Shown here one piece after another: positions 11,818 through 22,332 of a DNA stretch of 63,992 nt. The translations under genes and the position numbers were made by a program. How positions within the stretch are numbered: position 1 is the first letter of the stretch; each line of letters opens with the position of its first letter. Source of the DNA: an uncultured virus (IMG/VR IMGVR_UViG_2061766007_000208) (lineage: Duplodnaviria; Heunggongvirae; Uroviricota; Caudoviricetes); IMG/VR virus record IMGVR_UViG_2061766007_000208; one strand, written 5' to 3'. The notes under the pieces were generated by a model. The model searched no databases. It had not been told where the DNA came from and saw nothing but the letters and a program-made list of their open reading frames with translations.

Positions 11818-13190
11818 TCAGGACGCCTTCATCTGGAGCAGCTGAATACCCTCCGGCAGGATGACCTTGCCGTCGACACGCTCGGTGGCGACATAGCCGA
11901 CCTGGCCGTTGGTAGCATACAGCTCATTCAGACGCTGGACAGTGCGGCCCGCGCGGTCGCCGATCCAGTAGTTCTGGAAATCGCCGAACGCAATGGCGAA
12001 AGCACCGGCACCGACAGTGGGCGCATAGGGGGACGTGTACAGCTCATAGCCCAGGAGCTTGTCCGGCTGGCCGGCCTGGACAGAAGGCTGCCACAGATAG
12101 GCACCATTGTTGTCCTTCAGCTTGCGCAGGAGAGAAACGGTCGCATCGTTCATCAGGAACTTCGCGTTCTTGCGATAGGGAGACTTCAGCGAATAGACCA
12201 GGCTGATGATCTCATCCACGGTGATTGCGTTGGCTGCGGCGGCAGTCACGCCGACCGTGCCGCCATTGGCAGTGAAGATGCCGGTGGGCTGATTGGTGCC
12301 AGTACCGACGCAGAAGGCCTGCTCCTCGGCGATGCCGAAGGCGCGGGCAAACTCCGCAGCGATGTAGCCTTCCAGGTCGAAAGCGGCATCCTGCAGCAGT
12401 TCCACGCTGACGCGGACGAGGTCGGTCAGCTTGAAGGCGTCGATCTGCTTCTGGCCGAAGGTCGGATTGCTCTCTGTGAAGGCGGCATTCTCCGCAGTCC
12501 AAGTCGCCACAGAATGACCGACGGCAATGGGAATTTTGCGGTCATGGTGAGTGGTGATGACTTTGGCAAGGGTACGGATCACGTTCGCCTCATCGAGGCC
12601 GGTGATGATCTGGCGCTCGAATTCCTCAGGCACGAGGTAGNNNNNNNNNNGGGGTTGCTCTCGGTGAAGGGGTCATTCTCTGCGGTCCAGGTCGCCACAG
12701 AATGACCGACGGCAATAGGAATCTTGCGATCATGGTGGGTGGTGATGACCTTGGCGAGCGTACGGATCACGTTCGCCTCATCGAGGCCAGCGATGATCTG
12801 ATTCTCGAATTCCTCCGGCACAAGGTAGCCGCCGTCGGCATCCGTGCTTTCCGAGAGCACATTATGCAGCGGAGACTTGCCGCGCAGATGTCTGCCGAAG
12901 TCCTCCTTGTACGCATTGGAGGCACGGCCGGCCTTCTCAGGCTTTGCAGCACTCTCCGGCTTCTCCGTGATCGGCTTGTTGACCGGCTTCGCGAGCTCAG
13001 CCTCATACGCCTCCCGGCGCTCCATGCGCTTGATCTCATTGGTCAGATCATCCAGATCCTTCTCCATGCTGGTGTAGGTGGCGTCATCCTCGGCGGACAG
13101 GACGCCCTTGTCCGTTCTGTGGGTGTCGAGGAAACCTTCCATCGTATTCCACAGGGTCGCACGCTTGGTACGCAGTTCATTGATAGTCAT
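11818..13190 (-). CDS. HK97-family major capsid protein (two overlapping allelic fragments)
   Basis: Coiled-coil delta domain, then DGGYLVPEEF, VSVELLQD, LRKLKD..G.YLWQPS and FGDF...IGDR. Confidence 0.95.
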
Positions 13191-13207
13191 AATTGTGATT
13201 CTCCTTT

Positions 13208-14095
13208 TCACATGTATTTCTTGATGGTGGCCAGCCGCGCCTTGAGCTCATCAACGGAGCGGCCTTCGGGTACTGCGGGTTCGGGGTCCTGCTGCGGCTT
13301 TGTCTTTTCCGCGATCTTGTTGAACAGAGCATTTGCGACAGCCCGGCTGGAAAACGCATAGGCGACAGCCTCTTCGGGTGCCTTCTTCTCATCCTCCAGC
13401 ATTCCATCAGCAAACCCGAGCTCGATTGCCTTCTTGGCGTTCATCCAAGTCTCCGCATCCATGAGATGGGNNNNNNNNNNATTTGCGACAGCCCGGCTGG
13501 AAAAAGCATAAGCGACTGCCTCTTCGGACGCCTTCTTCTCATCCTCCAGCATTCCGTCAGCAAACCCGAACTCGATTGCCTTCTTGGCGTTCATCCAAGT
13601 CTCCGCATCCATGAGATGGGACAACTTGGAGCGGGACAGACTGGTTTTGATCTCGTAGGCGTTGATGATGCTCTCCTTGACCTCTTCCAGCATTTCAATG
13701 GCCTTCGCCATATCCGTGTGATCGCCATAGGCGATGGTGGCGGGATTGTGGATCATCATGAGTGCCGTCGGTGCCATGAGCACCTTTGTACCGGCCATGG
13801 CGATGACCGAAGCCGCTGAAGCTGCGATGCCGTCGATCTTGACCGTGACATCGCCTTTGTAGTCCATGAGCATGGAATAGATCTGGCTGGCCGCAATGCA
13901 GTCTCCACCCGGCGAGTTGATCCAGATGGTGATCGGCCCGGATCCGGCAAAAAGCTCTTCCTTGAACATGGCTGGGGTGATGTCATCGTCGAACCAGCTT
14001 TCCTCGGCAATCGTGCCGTTAAGCTCAAGGACTCTGCCTTCGTCCGTTTCCTTTTCTGCCGTGTTCTTCCACACCCAGAACTTCTTGGTTTTCAT
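13208..14095 (-). CDS. ClpP-like prohead maturation protease
   Basis: INSPGGD, DGIAASAASVIAMAG, MMIHNP and ETWM motifs; located between portal and capsid. Confidence 0.93.
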   Translation of the reverse strand: MKTKKFWVWKNTAEKETDEGRVLELNGTIAEESWFDDDITPAMFKEELFAGSGPITIWINSPGGDCIAASQIYSMLMDYKGDVTVKIDGIAASAASVIAMAGTKVLMAPTALMMIHNPATIAYGDHTDMAKAIEMLEEVKESIINAYEIKTSLSRSKLSHLMDAETWMNAKKAIEFGFADGMLEDEKKASEEAVAYAFSSRAVANXXXXHLMDAETWMNAKKAIELGFADGMLEDEKKAPEEAVAYAFSSRAVANALFNKIAEKTKPQQDPEPAVPEGRSVDELKARLATIKKYM

Positions 14096-15437
14096 TGGTG
14101 TTGTCCTCCTTTCCGTCTTCGGTATTTGCAAAAGCCCCCGCCATCTGCAGCGGGAGCATATTGCCGTTTATGAGATACAGATCGCCGCCGTCTTCGGCAG
14201 GAATCCGGTCGAGGTTTTCAAGCTCTCGGATATCATTTGCAGACATCCAGCCGTTCTGCCTGGCGGTGGCGTAGCCGGTCATGCGGCTCTGATAATCTCC
14301 GCGCAGCAGACCTTCCAGGTTGAACTTCACAAAGTATCGGGCTTTTTCATCCTGGCGGATCAGAGCACGCTGAAGCGACTGTTCCCAACGGATCACCCAG
14401 GGATCCAGCGTGTACTTCACGAACTCCAGGCTCTGCTGCTCAATATTGGAAAANNNNNNNNNNNNNNNNNNNNNNNNNNNNNNNNNNNNNNNNNNNNNNN
14501 NNNNNNNNNNNNNNNNNNNNNNNNNNNNNNNNNNNNNNNNNNNNNNNNNNNNTTCCAGATCGCCCACCATGTGCGGCGGGACACGGAAAATTCGAGCTAT
14601 CTCATTGATCTGAAATTTGCGGGTCTCCAGGAATTGCGCCTGCTCCGGCGCGATAGAGATCGGCGTGTACTTCATGCCTTCTTCCAGCACGGCGACCTTG
14701 CCTGAATTCGAACTGCCGCCGAATTGGCTTTGCCAGGCTTCCCGCACACGCTGCGGGTCTTTTATCGTGCCCGGATGCTCCAGCACGCCGGAGGGAGCAG
14801 CACCGTTGGCAAAGAACTTCGCGCCATATTCTTCCGTCGCAATGGCAAGGCCGATCGCGTTTTTGGCCATGGCGATGGGACTGTACCCGACCAGGCCGTC
14901 AAAGCCAAGCCCCGGAATGTGCAGCACATCTCTCGGCTGCAGGATCACCGTCTGCGAAGGCTTGATCGCCTCATCGCTGCTGCGGTTGTACTGGTAATAC
15001 AGATGCCCCTCACTGTCTCTGTCCACGGTCATCTTGTTTGGCATGAGCGGGTACAGCGCAACGACTTCACCCTTGCCGTTCCGGATGATCTGCGCATATG
15101 CGTTACCCCAGAGCAGCAGATGAGTCATCAGCGTTTCCCGGAAGACGAATGAGCTCATCTCCGGATTTGGCTCATCATGGAGGAGAAGGTATAGGGGGTG
15201 GTCCAGTGCCTTTTCTTTGCTGCCTTCATCTGTATATCTGTACAGGTGAAGAGGCAGACCGGCGATGGCCTCCGCGAGGATGCGAACACACGAATACACC
15301 GCGGTCATCTGCATAGCCGATCGTTCTGTCACGACCTTGCCCGCGGTTGTACCGCCCATGAAGAAGGTATAGCTGCTGCCAGCCGTCCGGTCCTGAGGCT
15401 TGTCCCTCGCTTTGAAGATTCCTGAAAGAAAACTCAT
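14025..15437 (-). CDS. HK97-family portal protein
   Basis: AVYSCVRILAE, LLLWGNAY, GYSPI, FFANGA.PSGVL and IARIFRVPPHMVGD. Confidence 0.95.
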   Translation of the reverse strand: MSFLSGIFKARDKPQDRTAGSSYTFFMGGTTAGKVVTERSAMQMTAVYSCVRILAEAIAGLPLHLYRYTDEGSKEKALDHPLYLLLHDEPNPEMSSFVFRETLMTHLLLWGNAYAQIIRNGKGEVVALYPLMPNKMTVDRDSEGHLYYQYNRSSDEAIKPSQTVILQPRDVLHIPGLGFDGLVGYSPIAMAKNAIGLAIATEEYGAKFFANGAAPSGVLEHPGTIKDPQRVREAWQSQFGGSSNSGKVAVLEEGMKYTPISIAPEQAQFLETRKFQINEIARIFRVPPHMVGDLEXXXXXXXXXXXXXXXXXXXXXXXXXXXXXXXXXFSNIEQQSLEFVKYTLDPWVIRWEQSLQRALIRQDEKARYFVKFNLEGLLRGDYQSRMTGYATARQNGWMSANDIRELENLDRIPAEDGGDLYLINGNMLPLQMAGAFANTEDGKEDNTNENQEVLGVEEHGRKGNGRRQSP

Positions 15438-15460
15438 AGTGCCTCCTAAAACATATTCGT

Positions 15461-17431
15461 TTAAATGAAAAGCAGCCCTCTCGAGTTATATACAGATTCC
15501 GTGCTGCCTTGATGCCGGATGGCACGGTCAAGCGCCATGATCGTGGCGACCGCGCCGTCGATGCGCTCCGTGCTCTTTTCCTTGTCCGGTTTGATATTCC
15601 CAGCCGGATCTGTGCGCACGAAGATGTTGTCCATCATCCAGCGTAGCGGGGCGTTGCCGCCGTGGGCGATCCTGCCTTCCAGGACCAGCTTCATGAGTTC
15701 CTTNNNNNNNNNNCATAGACAGATTCCGTGCTGCCCTGATGCCGGATGGCACGGTCAAGCGCCATGATAGTTGCGACCGCGCCGTCGATGCGCTCCGTGC
15801 TCTTTTCCTTGTCCGGCTTGATGTTCCCGGCCGGGTCTGTGCGTACGAAGATGTTGTCCATCATCCAGCGCAGTGGGGCATTGCCGCCGTGGGCGATCCT
15901 GCCTTCCAGGACCAGCTTCATGAGTTCCTTTGTCGGCGGACTCATATCTTTGAAGCCCTGGCCGAAAGGAACAATAGTAAAGCCCGCGTCCGCGAGATCC
16001 TGGCTCATCTGCACAGCACCCCAGCGGTCGTAGGCGATTTCTTTGATGTTGTACTTGGTTCCGAGCTCGGTAATGAACTGCTCGATAAAGCCGTAATGGA
16101 TGACATTGCCTTCGGTCGCCATCGCCGTGCCCTGTGCTTTCCAGACATCATAGGGAACATGATCCCGGCGCACCCGAAGATCAATCGTATCCTCCGGCAC
16201 CCAGAAGAAGGGCAGAATGTAATACGGTTCGTTNNNNNNNNNNGGTCGCCATTGCCGTGCCCTGTGCTTTCCAGACATCATAGGGAACATGATCACGGCG
16301 CACCCGAAGATCGATCGTATCCTCCGGCACCCAGAAGAAGGGCAGAATGTAATACGGTTCGTTGTCTTCGCGCGGCGGGAACACGAGCACAAAAGCCGTA
16401 ATGTCCGTGCTGCTCGAAAGGTCGAGCCCCGCATAACACTCCCGGCCAGCCAGCGCCTCTGGATTCACCGGAGTGGCACATTTATCCCAGGCATCCATTG
16501 GCATCCAGCGAACGCTCTGCTTAACCCACTGGTTCAGCCTGAGCTGCCGGAACAGGTTTTCTTCTGCCGGATTATCCTTCGCGCTCTGATATGCAGCGCG
16601 GAGTTTTTCTATATCCACCGTCACATCCAGCGACGGGTTTGCTTTGTACCAGTTCTTTTCATCCGACCAGTCCGCATCGTCGTCGATGCCGTAGATCACG
16701 GGATAGAAGGTTGGGTCTATCTTTCTCCCGGTGAGGATGTCTTCTGCCTTCTGGTGCACCTCCCAGCAGATGCTGTTACGGTCGGTGCCTGCGGTGGTGA
16801 TCAGAAAGAAAAGCGGCTGTTTTCTTGCATCACCGGAGCCGTGGGTCATGACGTCATACAGCAGCCGGTTTGGCTGGGCGTGCAGCTCATCAAACACGAC
16901 ACCGTGGACATTCAGGCCATGCTTTGTATAAGATTCTGCCGACAGCACCTGATAGAAGCTGTTGAGCGGGGTGTAGACGAGCCGCTTCTGGGAGAGCACC
17001 GGCTTGATGCGCTTTTTCAGCGCTGGGCACTGTTCCACCATCTGGCAGGCAACGTCGAAGACAATGGACGCCTGCTGCCGGTCTGCGGCGCATCCATACA
17101 CCTCAGCGCCCCATTCACCGTCGCCGGCCAACAAATAAAGAGCGACCGCCGCAGCGAGTTCGCTCTTGCCTTGCTTCTTTGGGATCTCTATATATGCCGT
17201 GTTGTACTGCCTGTATCCGTTTTCCTTGACCGTCCCGAATACATCCCGCACCACCTTTTCCTGCCACGGCAGCAGGATGAAGTTCTTCCCGTGCCATTCT
17301 CCCTTTGTGTGCTTCAATGCAGAGATGAAGGCGACGGCCCGATCGGCGAGACTGGCGTTTGTGATAATCTTCTTTTCCGGGACGATGATTTTCTTGTCCG
17401 CCAATCGCTCTGTCCCTCCAATATTCGACAA
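15461..17431 (-). CDS. terL: Terminase large subunit (allelic fragments)
   Basis: Walker A IPKKQGKSELAA, Walker B VVFDELH, GLDLSS nuclease motif and KSTERIDGAVA. Confidence 0.95.
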
Positions 17432-17465
17432 AAAACGACAGCGCTCGACGCTGTCGTCCTTTTGT

Positions 17466-17690
17466 TCAGTTTGCTGTATCTATGAGCGTGACCTCTTCAT
17501 TGATGATATCGAGCGCTTCCTGATAGCTGCCCGCGCCCTGCACACGATCCCACAGTTCCTTCCATTCGGCGATCCTGCCGCTTTGCTTCATCAGAAGCTG
17601 CGCCTGACCGAGAATCCAATAGATATTTCCCGATGGCGCGCGTCTGTCATATTTCAGTACCGGCTTTTTCATTCGTCGATCCTCCTGCAT
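17466..17690 (-). CDS. Hypothetical phage protein
   Basis: ORF of about 70 aa with GNIYWILG...SYQEAL pattern, overlapping the neighbouring gene. Confidence 0.55.
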   Translation of the reverse strand: MQEDRRMKKPVLKYDRRAPSGNIYWILGQAQLLMKQSGRIAEWKELWDRVQGAGSYQEALDIINEEVTLIDTAN

Positions 17691-17896
17691 AAGTCTTCTC
17701 CGTAGGCGACGGACAGGCTGCTGCCATTGTCCCAGCTGACCATGATGCTGCCGATATCATCGACGCCTCTGACCGTACCTTCCGTCCCGATTGGCGGAGC
17801 CTGAACATCGTCCATCCTGACGAGCACCACTCTGCAGCCAATGGGGTATTCCCGGCGCAGGCGTTCGACTATCTCTCTTCGGATTCCGAACATCAC
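17669..17896 (-). CDS. DUF4314-like protein
   Basis: YPIGCRVVLVRMDD..APPIGTEGTVRGVDDIG...WDNGSSL. Confidence 0.8.
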   Translation of the reverse strand: MMFGIRREIVERLRREYPIGCRVVLVRMDDVQAPPIGTEGTVRGVDDIGSIMVSWDNGSSLSVAYGEDLCRRIDE

Positions 17897-17905
17897 CGCA
17901 CCTCC

Positions 17906-18343
17906 TCAGTTGTACTGCTGGAGAAGGACCTCCAGCGCGATCTCTGTCTCGTCATCCACCGGCTCTATATCCCAGCCGCGATCGTAGTTGCATACCGTCT
18001 GCTCTTTGCGCTGCAGCGTCAGCTTGGAGATGCGTCCGCCTTCGATGCCGAACTTCGAGCCCTGCTCGTATGCCTTCACCCAGTAGTGGTAGATTCCACC
18101 GTCCGGCACTCTCAGCGCGCCTTCCTGCCAGCCGGAGCCTTCGGGCCGCTTTCGTGGCACCCGGATTTTGATCGTCAGGTGACCGCTGTCGTTCATGCTG
18201 AAGTCCTCGACCGGGCAGATACTGTACTTGTCCGGGATGCTCCGGACGCTGCCGCTGTAGACGGTCGCGCGGGATTTGCTATTCACCAGTGTGACCTTCG
18301 CGTTGCGATCGATCAGATCGTAGAAGCTTTCGAGTGTGATCAT
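17906..18343 (-). CDS. Hypothetical two-domain phage protein
   Basis: ORF of 145 aa with RBS; C-terminal YWVK.Y...S.FGI.GGRISKL...NYDRGWD motif seen in clostridial prophage accessory genes. Confidence 0.6.
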   Translation of the reverse strand: MITLESFYDLIDRNAKVTLVNSKSRATVYSGSVRSIPDKYSICPVEDFSMNDSGHLTIKIRVPRKRPEGSGWQEGALRVPDGGIYHYWVKAYEQGSKFGIEGGRISKLTLQRKEQTVCNYDRGWDIEPVDDETEIALEVLLQQYN

Positions 18344-18356
18344 CTTCGTCGCCTCC

Positions 18357-18842
18357 TTATCTGATCGTCTTGAGCGCGGCGATCGTGCCGTCTGCGAACA
18401 GGTCCTTGATGTATTCGACCGCCTGCTGCTCTGTCCATTTGCATCTTCCGGTGTAGTAGCTCATGAGCTTTTCGATCCCGTCAGGATTCGTTCCGGTCTT
18501 CTCGCAGAGGGCTACGAGCTCCGGGTTCAGCCCGGGCTGCGCATTCTGTTTCTGGACCGCCGCTGCCGCTGCCTGCTCTGCCTTGCCTGCATCCATGAAC
18601 CCGATCTCCGCCTTCTCGAAGGCCTCGAACTCGGCCTCGGTCATGTCTTCGCCCGCGAGCTCCCAGAGCCTGTCGTGTGCCTGCATCGCACATTTGGCTG
18701 CCGTCCGCGCGGTATCCGCCAGGTTCCATGCCTTGCGGCATTCACCGCATCGGGCGTACTCGATGGCGACCTTGCTGTAGTGGCTGGCTGCGGTGCCTTC
18801 GTAGTTGCAGGCTGCCGCCGCTTCTTTTCTGGTTTCGTACAT
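18357..18842 (-). CDS. Hypothetical protein (first gene of an accessory cluster)
   Basis: ORF of 161 aa with GGGAGG RBS, preceded by an AT-rich intergenic region at 18845-18934. Confidence 0.6.
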   Translation of the reverse strand: MYETRKEAAAACNYEGTAASHYSKVAIEYARCGECRKAWNLADTARTAAKCAMQAHDRLWELAGEDMTEAEFEAFEKAEIGFMDAGKAEQAAAAAVQKQNAQPGLNPELVALCEKTGTNPDGIEKLMSYYTGRCKWTEQQAVEYIKDLFADGTIAALKTIR

Positions 18843-18934
18843 GGTTGGTGCCTCCCTTGTTTATGGTAAGGGAATTAAGCCAGAAGAAACGGGTAAAGTC
18901 CAGGCAAATACCTTAGAAAAAGAAGAATTAGCAA

Positions 18935-20250
18935 TTAGAACATATCCAAGGAAACGGGCTGCTTTTTGCCATTTCTAACAAGCTCTGCGTGATCCGCGCC
19001 GGTGAACTTCAGCCAGCGTTTCACGATCACGTCGGCGTACTTCGGATCAAGCTCCATCGTGTAACACGATCTGCCGAGCTGCTCGCAGGTGATTAGCGTG
19101 CTGCCGCTGCCGCCGAAGGTGTCGAGGACGACATCGCCCTGCCGTGAGCTGTTTTTGATCAGGCGCGCGAGGAGCTTGAGCGGTTTCATCGTTGGGTGAT
19201 CCGCGTTCCGGGCGGGCTTGTTTTCGTCGATCACGGTCGTGGAAACCTTGTCGCTGAACACTTCCCGCAGGAGTTCCCGCATCTCTTCCTTCTTCAGCTT
19301 ATTGATATCGAGGTGCTTGTCCTCGATTACCGTCGCCTGTGTCCGGTCGTCGACGAAATAGTGATTGCCCCCGTCCGTCCAGCCGTAGATGCAGGCCTCA
19401 TGCTTCCACTGATAATCCTGGTGGCCCATCGTGAAAGCATTCTTGTTCCAGATCAGCATCTGCCGCACCTTGCCAAGTGCCTGATTTGTCGCCTGGCGGA
19501 AGGCGCCGCCAACTGTCTCTGCATGCCAGATATAGAATGGTGTGCCCGGCTTCATGACCTCCCGCATGCGCTTGAACGCTGTGATCAGGAAAGAGAGGAA
19601 CTGATCCTCCGGCATATCATCGTTCTGGATCTTCAGCCCGTTGCTGCCCTCGTAGGCGACATTGTACGGCGGATCGGTCACGACGAGATCAACCTGCTTG
19701 CCATCCATGAGGGCAGCGACGTCCTTTTTCTCCGTACTGTCGCCGCAGTAGAGGACGTGCCGGCCGAGCTGCCAGCGGTCTCCGCGCAGGGTGAAGGCGG
19801 GCGTGCCTTCCGGTGCCGCCTCCGGGGGATCATCCTCTTTGATCTCGCTCTGGTCGTCGAATAGATCGCTCATTTCGCTGACGTCAAAGCCGGTGAGTGT
19901 GGCATCGAAACCGCTCTCATCCAAATCCCGCAGCAGTGCGGTCAGAAGCGGGACGTCCCACGCGCCGCTGATCTTGTTCAGCGCCACATTCAGGGCCTTT
20001 TCTTTTTGCTCGTCGAGATCCAGGACCACGCAGTCGACTTCGGTGTAGCCGAGATGCTGCAGCACTTTCAGCCGCTGGTGTCCGCCGATGACCACGCCGG
20101 TGCGTTTATTCCAGATAATCGGCTCGACGTAGCCGAATTCCTCTACGCTGCGCCGCAGCTTTTCAAACTCCGGATCGCCTGGCTGCAGGTCTTTTCTCGG
20201 ATTGTATTTGGCAGGCAGGAGCTTTGTGACCGGTATCTTCTCGATAATCA
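18935..20250 (-). CDS. ParB-like N-terminal domain + N6/N4 DNA methyltransferase
   Basis: YNPRK, GGHQRL, motif IV TDPPYN, HPTMKP and DTFGGSGST. Confidence 0.93.
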
Positions 20251-21030
20251 TACGAGACCCCATTCCGCAAAGCGCTCGAAGCCGCCAATGTTGCGAATGA
20301 AGTCCCGGGCGATCCGTACGATTTCAGTGTACGGTCTGCCGTCCACAACATCATCGCCGATAGCGCAGCAGAGCTCAACCGGCACCTCATCTCGCTGGGC
20401 CTTCAACCAGGCGTAGATGTTGACGCTTACGTCGGCTTTGCTGAGATCCTTGCCGTGCAGCCCGCCGCCGGTGACGCTGTCAGCCATATCGCTGCCGAGC
20501 TTCCGGTTGGTCGCGCCGGTGTCAACATCGGTACCGCCTGTCCAGTCTCCGAGCGGATTGATCTCCGCATACGGGTATTCAGCCCGCAGATCTCTGCTGT
20601 CCGTATGACTCTGGCAGATGATCAGCCGGTCGCCATCCAGAATGTACTTACCGTCGGTTGGGTTCTTTGCAAAAATCTCCCGGGCGATCTTTGACAGTGC
20701 ACGCTGTTCGTCCGTCACAGGGACGCCGCGGAAGATGCCGTTGTCGCCACAGCGCACGGTCTTCGCCTGGTTCAAGGCGAGGATGGGGTCCTGCGCCACT
20801 TCATGGTAGTTTACGACCACATCCCCGGCGATCCGCTCGACCGCTGCGAGGATGTCCGTTACCGGAATGTGCACGGATGACTCCGCCACGATATTGCACA
20901 TGCCGTGGCCGATCAGCACCTCTACGGCGATCTTCGGGTTCGTATCTTCGACATACGCCAGGTCCACAATGGCTCCTGCGATTCTGTCTGCAATCTTGTC
21001 CGGATGCGCCGGATTCACTTTCTCATACAT
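20248..21030 (-). CDS. metK: Compact phage S-adenosylmethionine synthetase
   Basis: EKVNPAHPDKIAD, CGDNG, DTGATNRKL and GGGLHGKDLSKAD; 260 aa. Confidence 0.85.
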   Translation of the reverse strand: MYEKVNPAHPDKIADRIAGAIVDLAYVEDTNPKIAVEVLIGHGMCNIVAESSVHIPVTDILAAVERIAGDVVVNYHEVAQDPILALNQAKTVRCGDNGIFRGVPVTDEQRALSKIAREIFAKNPTDGKYILDGDRLIICQSHTDSRDLRAEYPYAEINPLGDWTGGTDVDTGATNRKLGSDMADSVTGGGLHGKDLSKADVSVNIYAWLKAQRDEVPVELCCAIGDDVVDGRPYTEIVRIARDFIRNIGGFERFAEWGLV

Positions 21031-22324
21031 TTTTCGTTATCCTCTCTGCCTTCTGGCCGGTGAATTCTTCCCAGCGTTTGACCGCGAGATCGCAGTACTC
21101 CGGGCTCTTTTCCATTGCATAGCAGACGCGCTCCAGCTGCTCACAGGCGATGATGGTCGTGCCGCTGCCGGAGAACGGCTCCAGCACGATGTCACCCTTG
21201 TCCGAGTGCATCTTGATACAGCGCCAAGGCAGCTCCACAGGGAACATGGCCGGGTGCTCTTTGTTCGCCCGCACCGTGGTCATTTCCCAGATTCCGGAAT
21301 AGCCCCAGTTCTTTCGTTCTTCCTTGGTAAGCCGTTTTACGAAGCGGTATGCATGACTGGCGTATGCCGACAGCCACACATACTCCTGATCGTTGTACTC
21401 CACATCGCCGTTTTTGCTAAACGCAGAGATATATTCGTACTGCTGTACCGGCTTGTTCGTCACCAGATGGTAGGGGCCGACGCCGAAGTTCATGCCCTGC
21501 TTCTTCCAGATCCGTATCCAGATCGGCCGGAAGCCCTGTTCGCTAAAAAGCTGGGAGGAGTAAAAGTTCGTCGGCTCGATGAACTGCGTACCGGTAGCAT
21601 ACAGATCGCCCAGGTTCCAGCAGACGATTCCTGCGTACCTGGTGAGGTTCTTGACTACCGGCCGCATGGTATCAAACCAAGGCTCAATGCCTTTGCTCTC
21701 ATAGTCCTTGCCGACGCCGTAGGGAGGAGAGGTGACCGACATCTGCGCCCGGTTGCCGTTCATGAGCTTGGCAAAGTCCACTTCCGAAGTGGAATCGCCG
21801 CACATGAGCCGGTGCACACCCAGTTTCCAGATGTCGCCGTGTTTGCTGATTGCGCCCTTGGCCTTGATCTTCTCTGCCTCTTCATCGACATCGAAATCAT
21901 CCTGCACTGCCTCTTTGGAATAGAAAGCGTTCAGGAGCTCATCGACCTCGGCGGCGTCGAAACCGGTGAGGGTAACATCAAACTCGCTGCCGTCGAACTC
22001 CGTGAGCAGTGCGGCCAGCTTATCCTTGTCCCATTCGCCCTGGATCTTGTTGAGTGCAACGTTCAGAGCCTTTTCGCGCATCGAGTCGAGATCCACCACG
22101 ACGCAGTCAATTTCCTTGATCCCCAGATCACGCATGACCGTCAGCCGCTGGTGTCCGCCGACCACATTGCCGGTCTGCTTGTTCCAGATCACCGGCTCCA
22201 CATAACCGAATTCGGTAATGCTGCGCTTGAGCTTTTCGTATTCTGCATCACCGGGTTTGAGCGCCTTGCGCGGGTTGTATTCTGCTGCCCGCAGCTTTTC
22301 GACCGGGATTCTCTCTATCTGCAT
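21023..22324 (-). CDS. ParB-like N-terminal domain + DNA methyltransferase (SPPY type, probably N4-C)
   Basis: TSPPY, HPAMFPVELP and EPFSGSGTT. Confidence 0.9.
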   Translation of the reverse strand: MQIERIPVEKLRAAEYNPRKALKPGDAEYEKLKRSITEFGYVEPVIWNKQTGNVVGGHQRLTVMRDLGIKEIDCVVVDLDSMREKALNVALNKIQGEWDKDKLAALLTEFDGSEFDVTLTGFDAAEVDELLNAFYSKEAVQDDFDVDEEAEKIKAKGAISKHGDIWKLGVHRLMCGDSTSEVDFAKLMNGNRAQMSVTSPPYGVGKDYESKGIEPWFDTMRPVVKNLTRYAGIVCWNLGDLYATGTQFIEPTNFYSSQLFSEQGFRPIWIRIWKKQGMNFGVGPYHLVTNKPVQQYEYISAFSKNGDVEYNDQEYVWLSAYASHAYRFVKRLTKEERKNWGYSGIWEMTTVRANKEHPAMFPVELPWRCIKMHSDKGDIVLEPFSGSGTTIIACEQLERVCYAMEKSPEYCDLAVKRWEEFTGQKAERITKNV

Positions 22325-22332
22325 GGTTCCTC

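Noticed and set aside
7163..16240. Apparent tandem duplications of tail, capsid, protease and terL segments
   Set aside because: Each duplicate begins or ends at a 10-N spacer and overlaps its neighbour, the signature of unresolved assembly bubbles.
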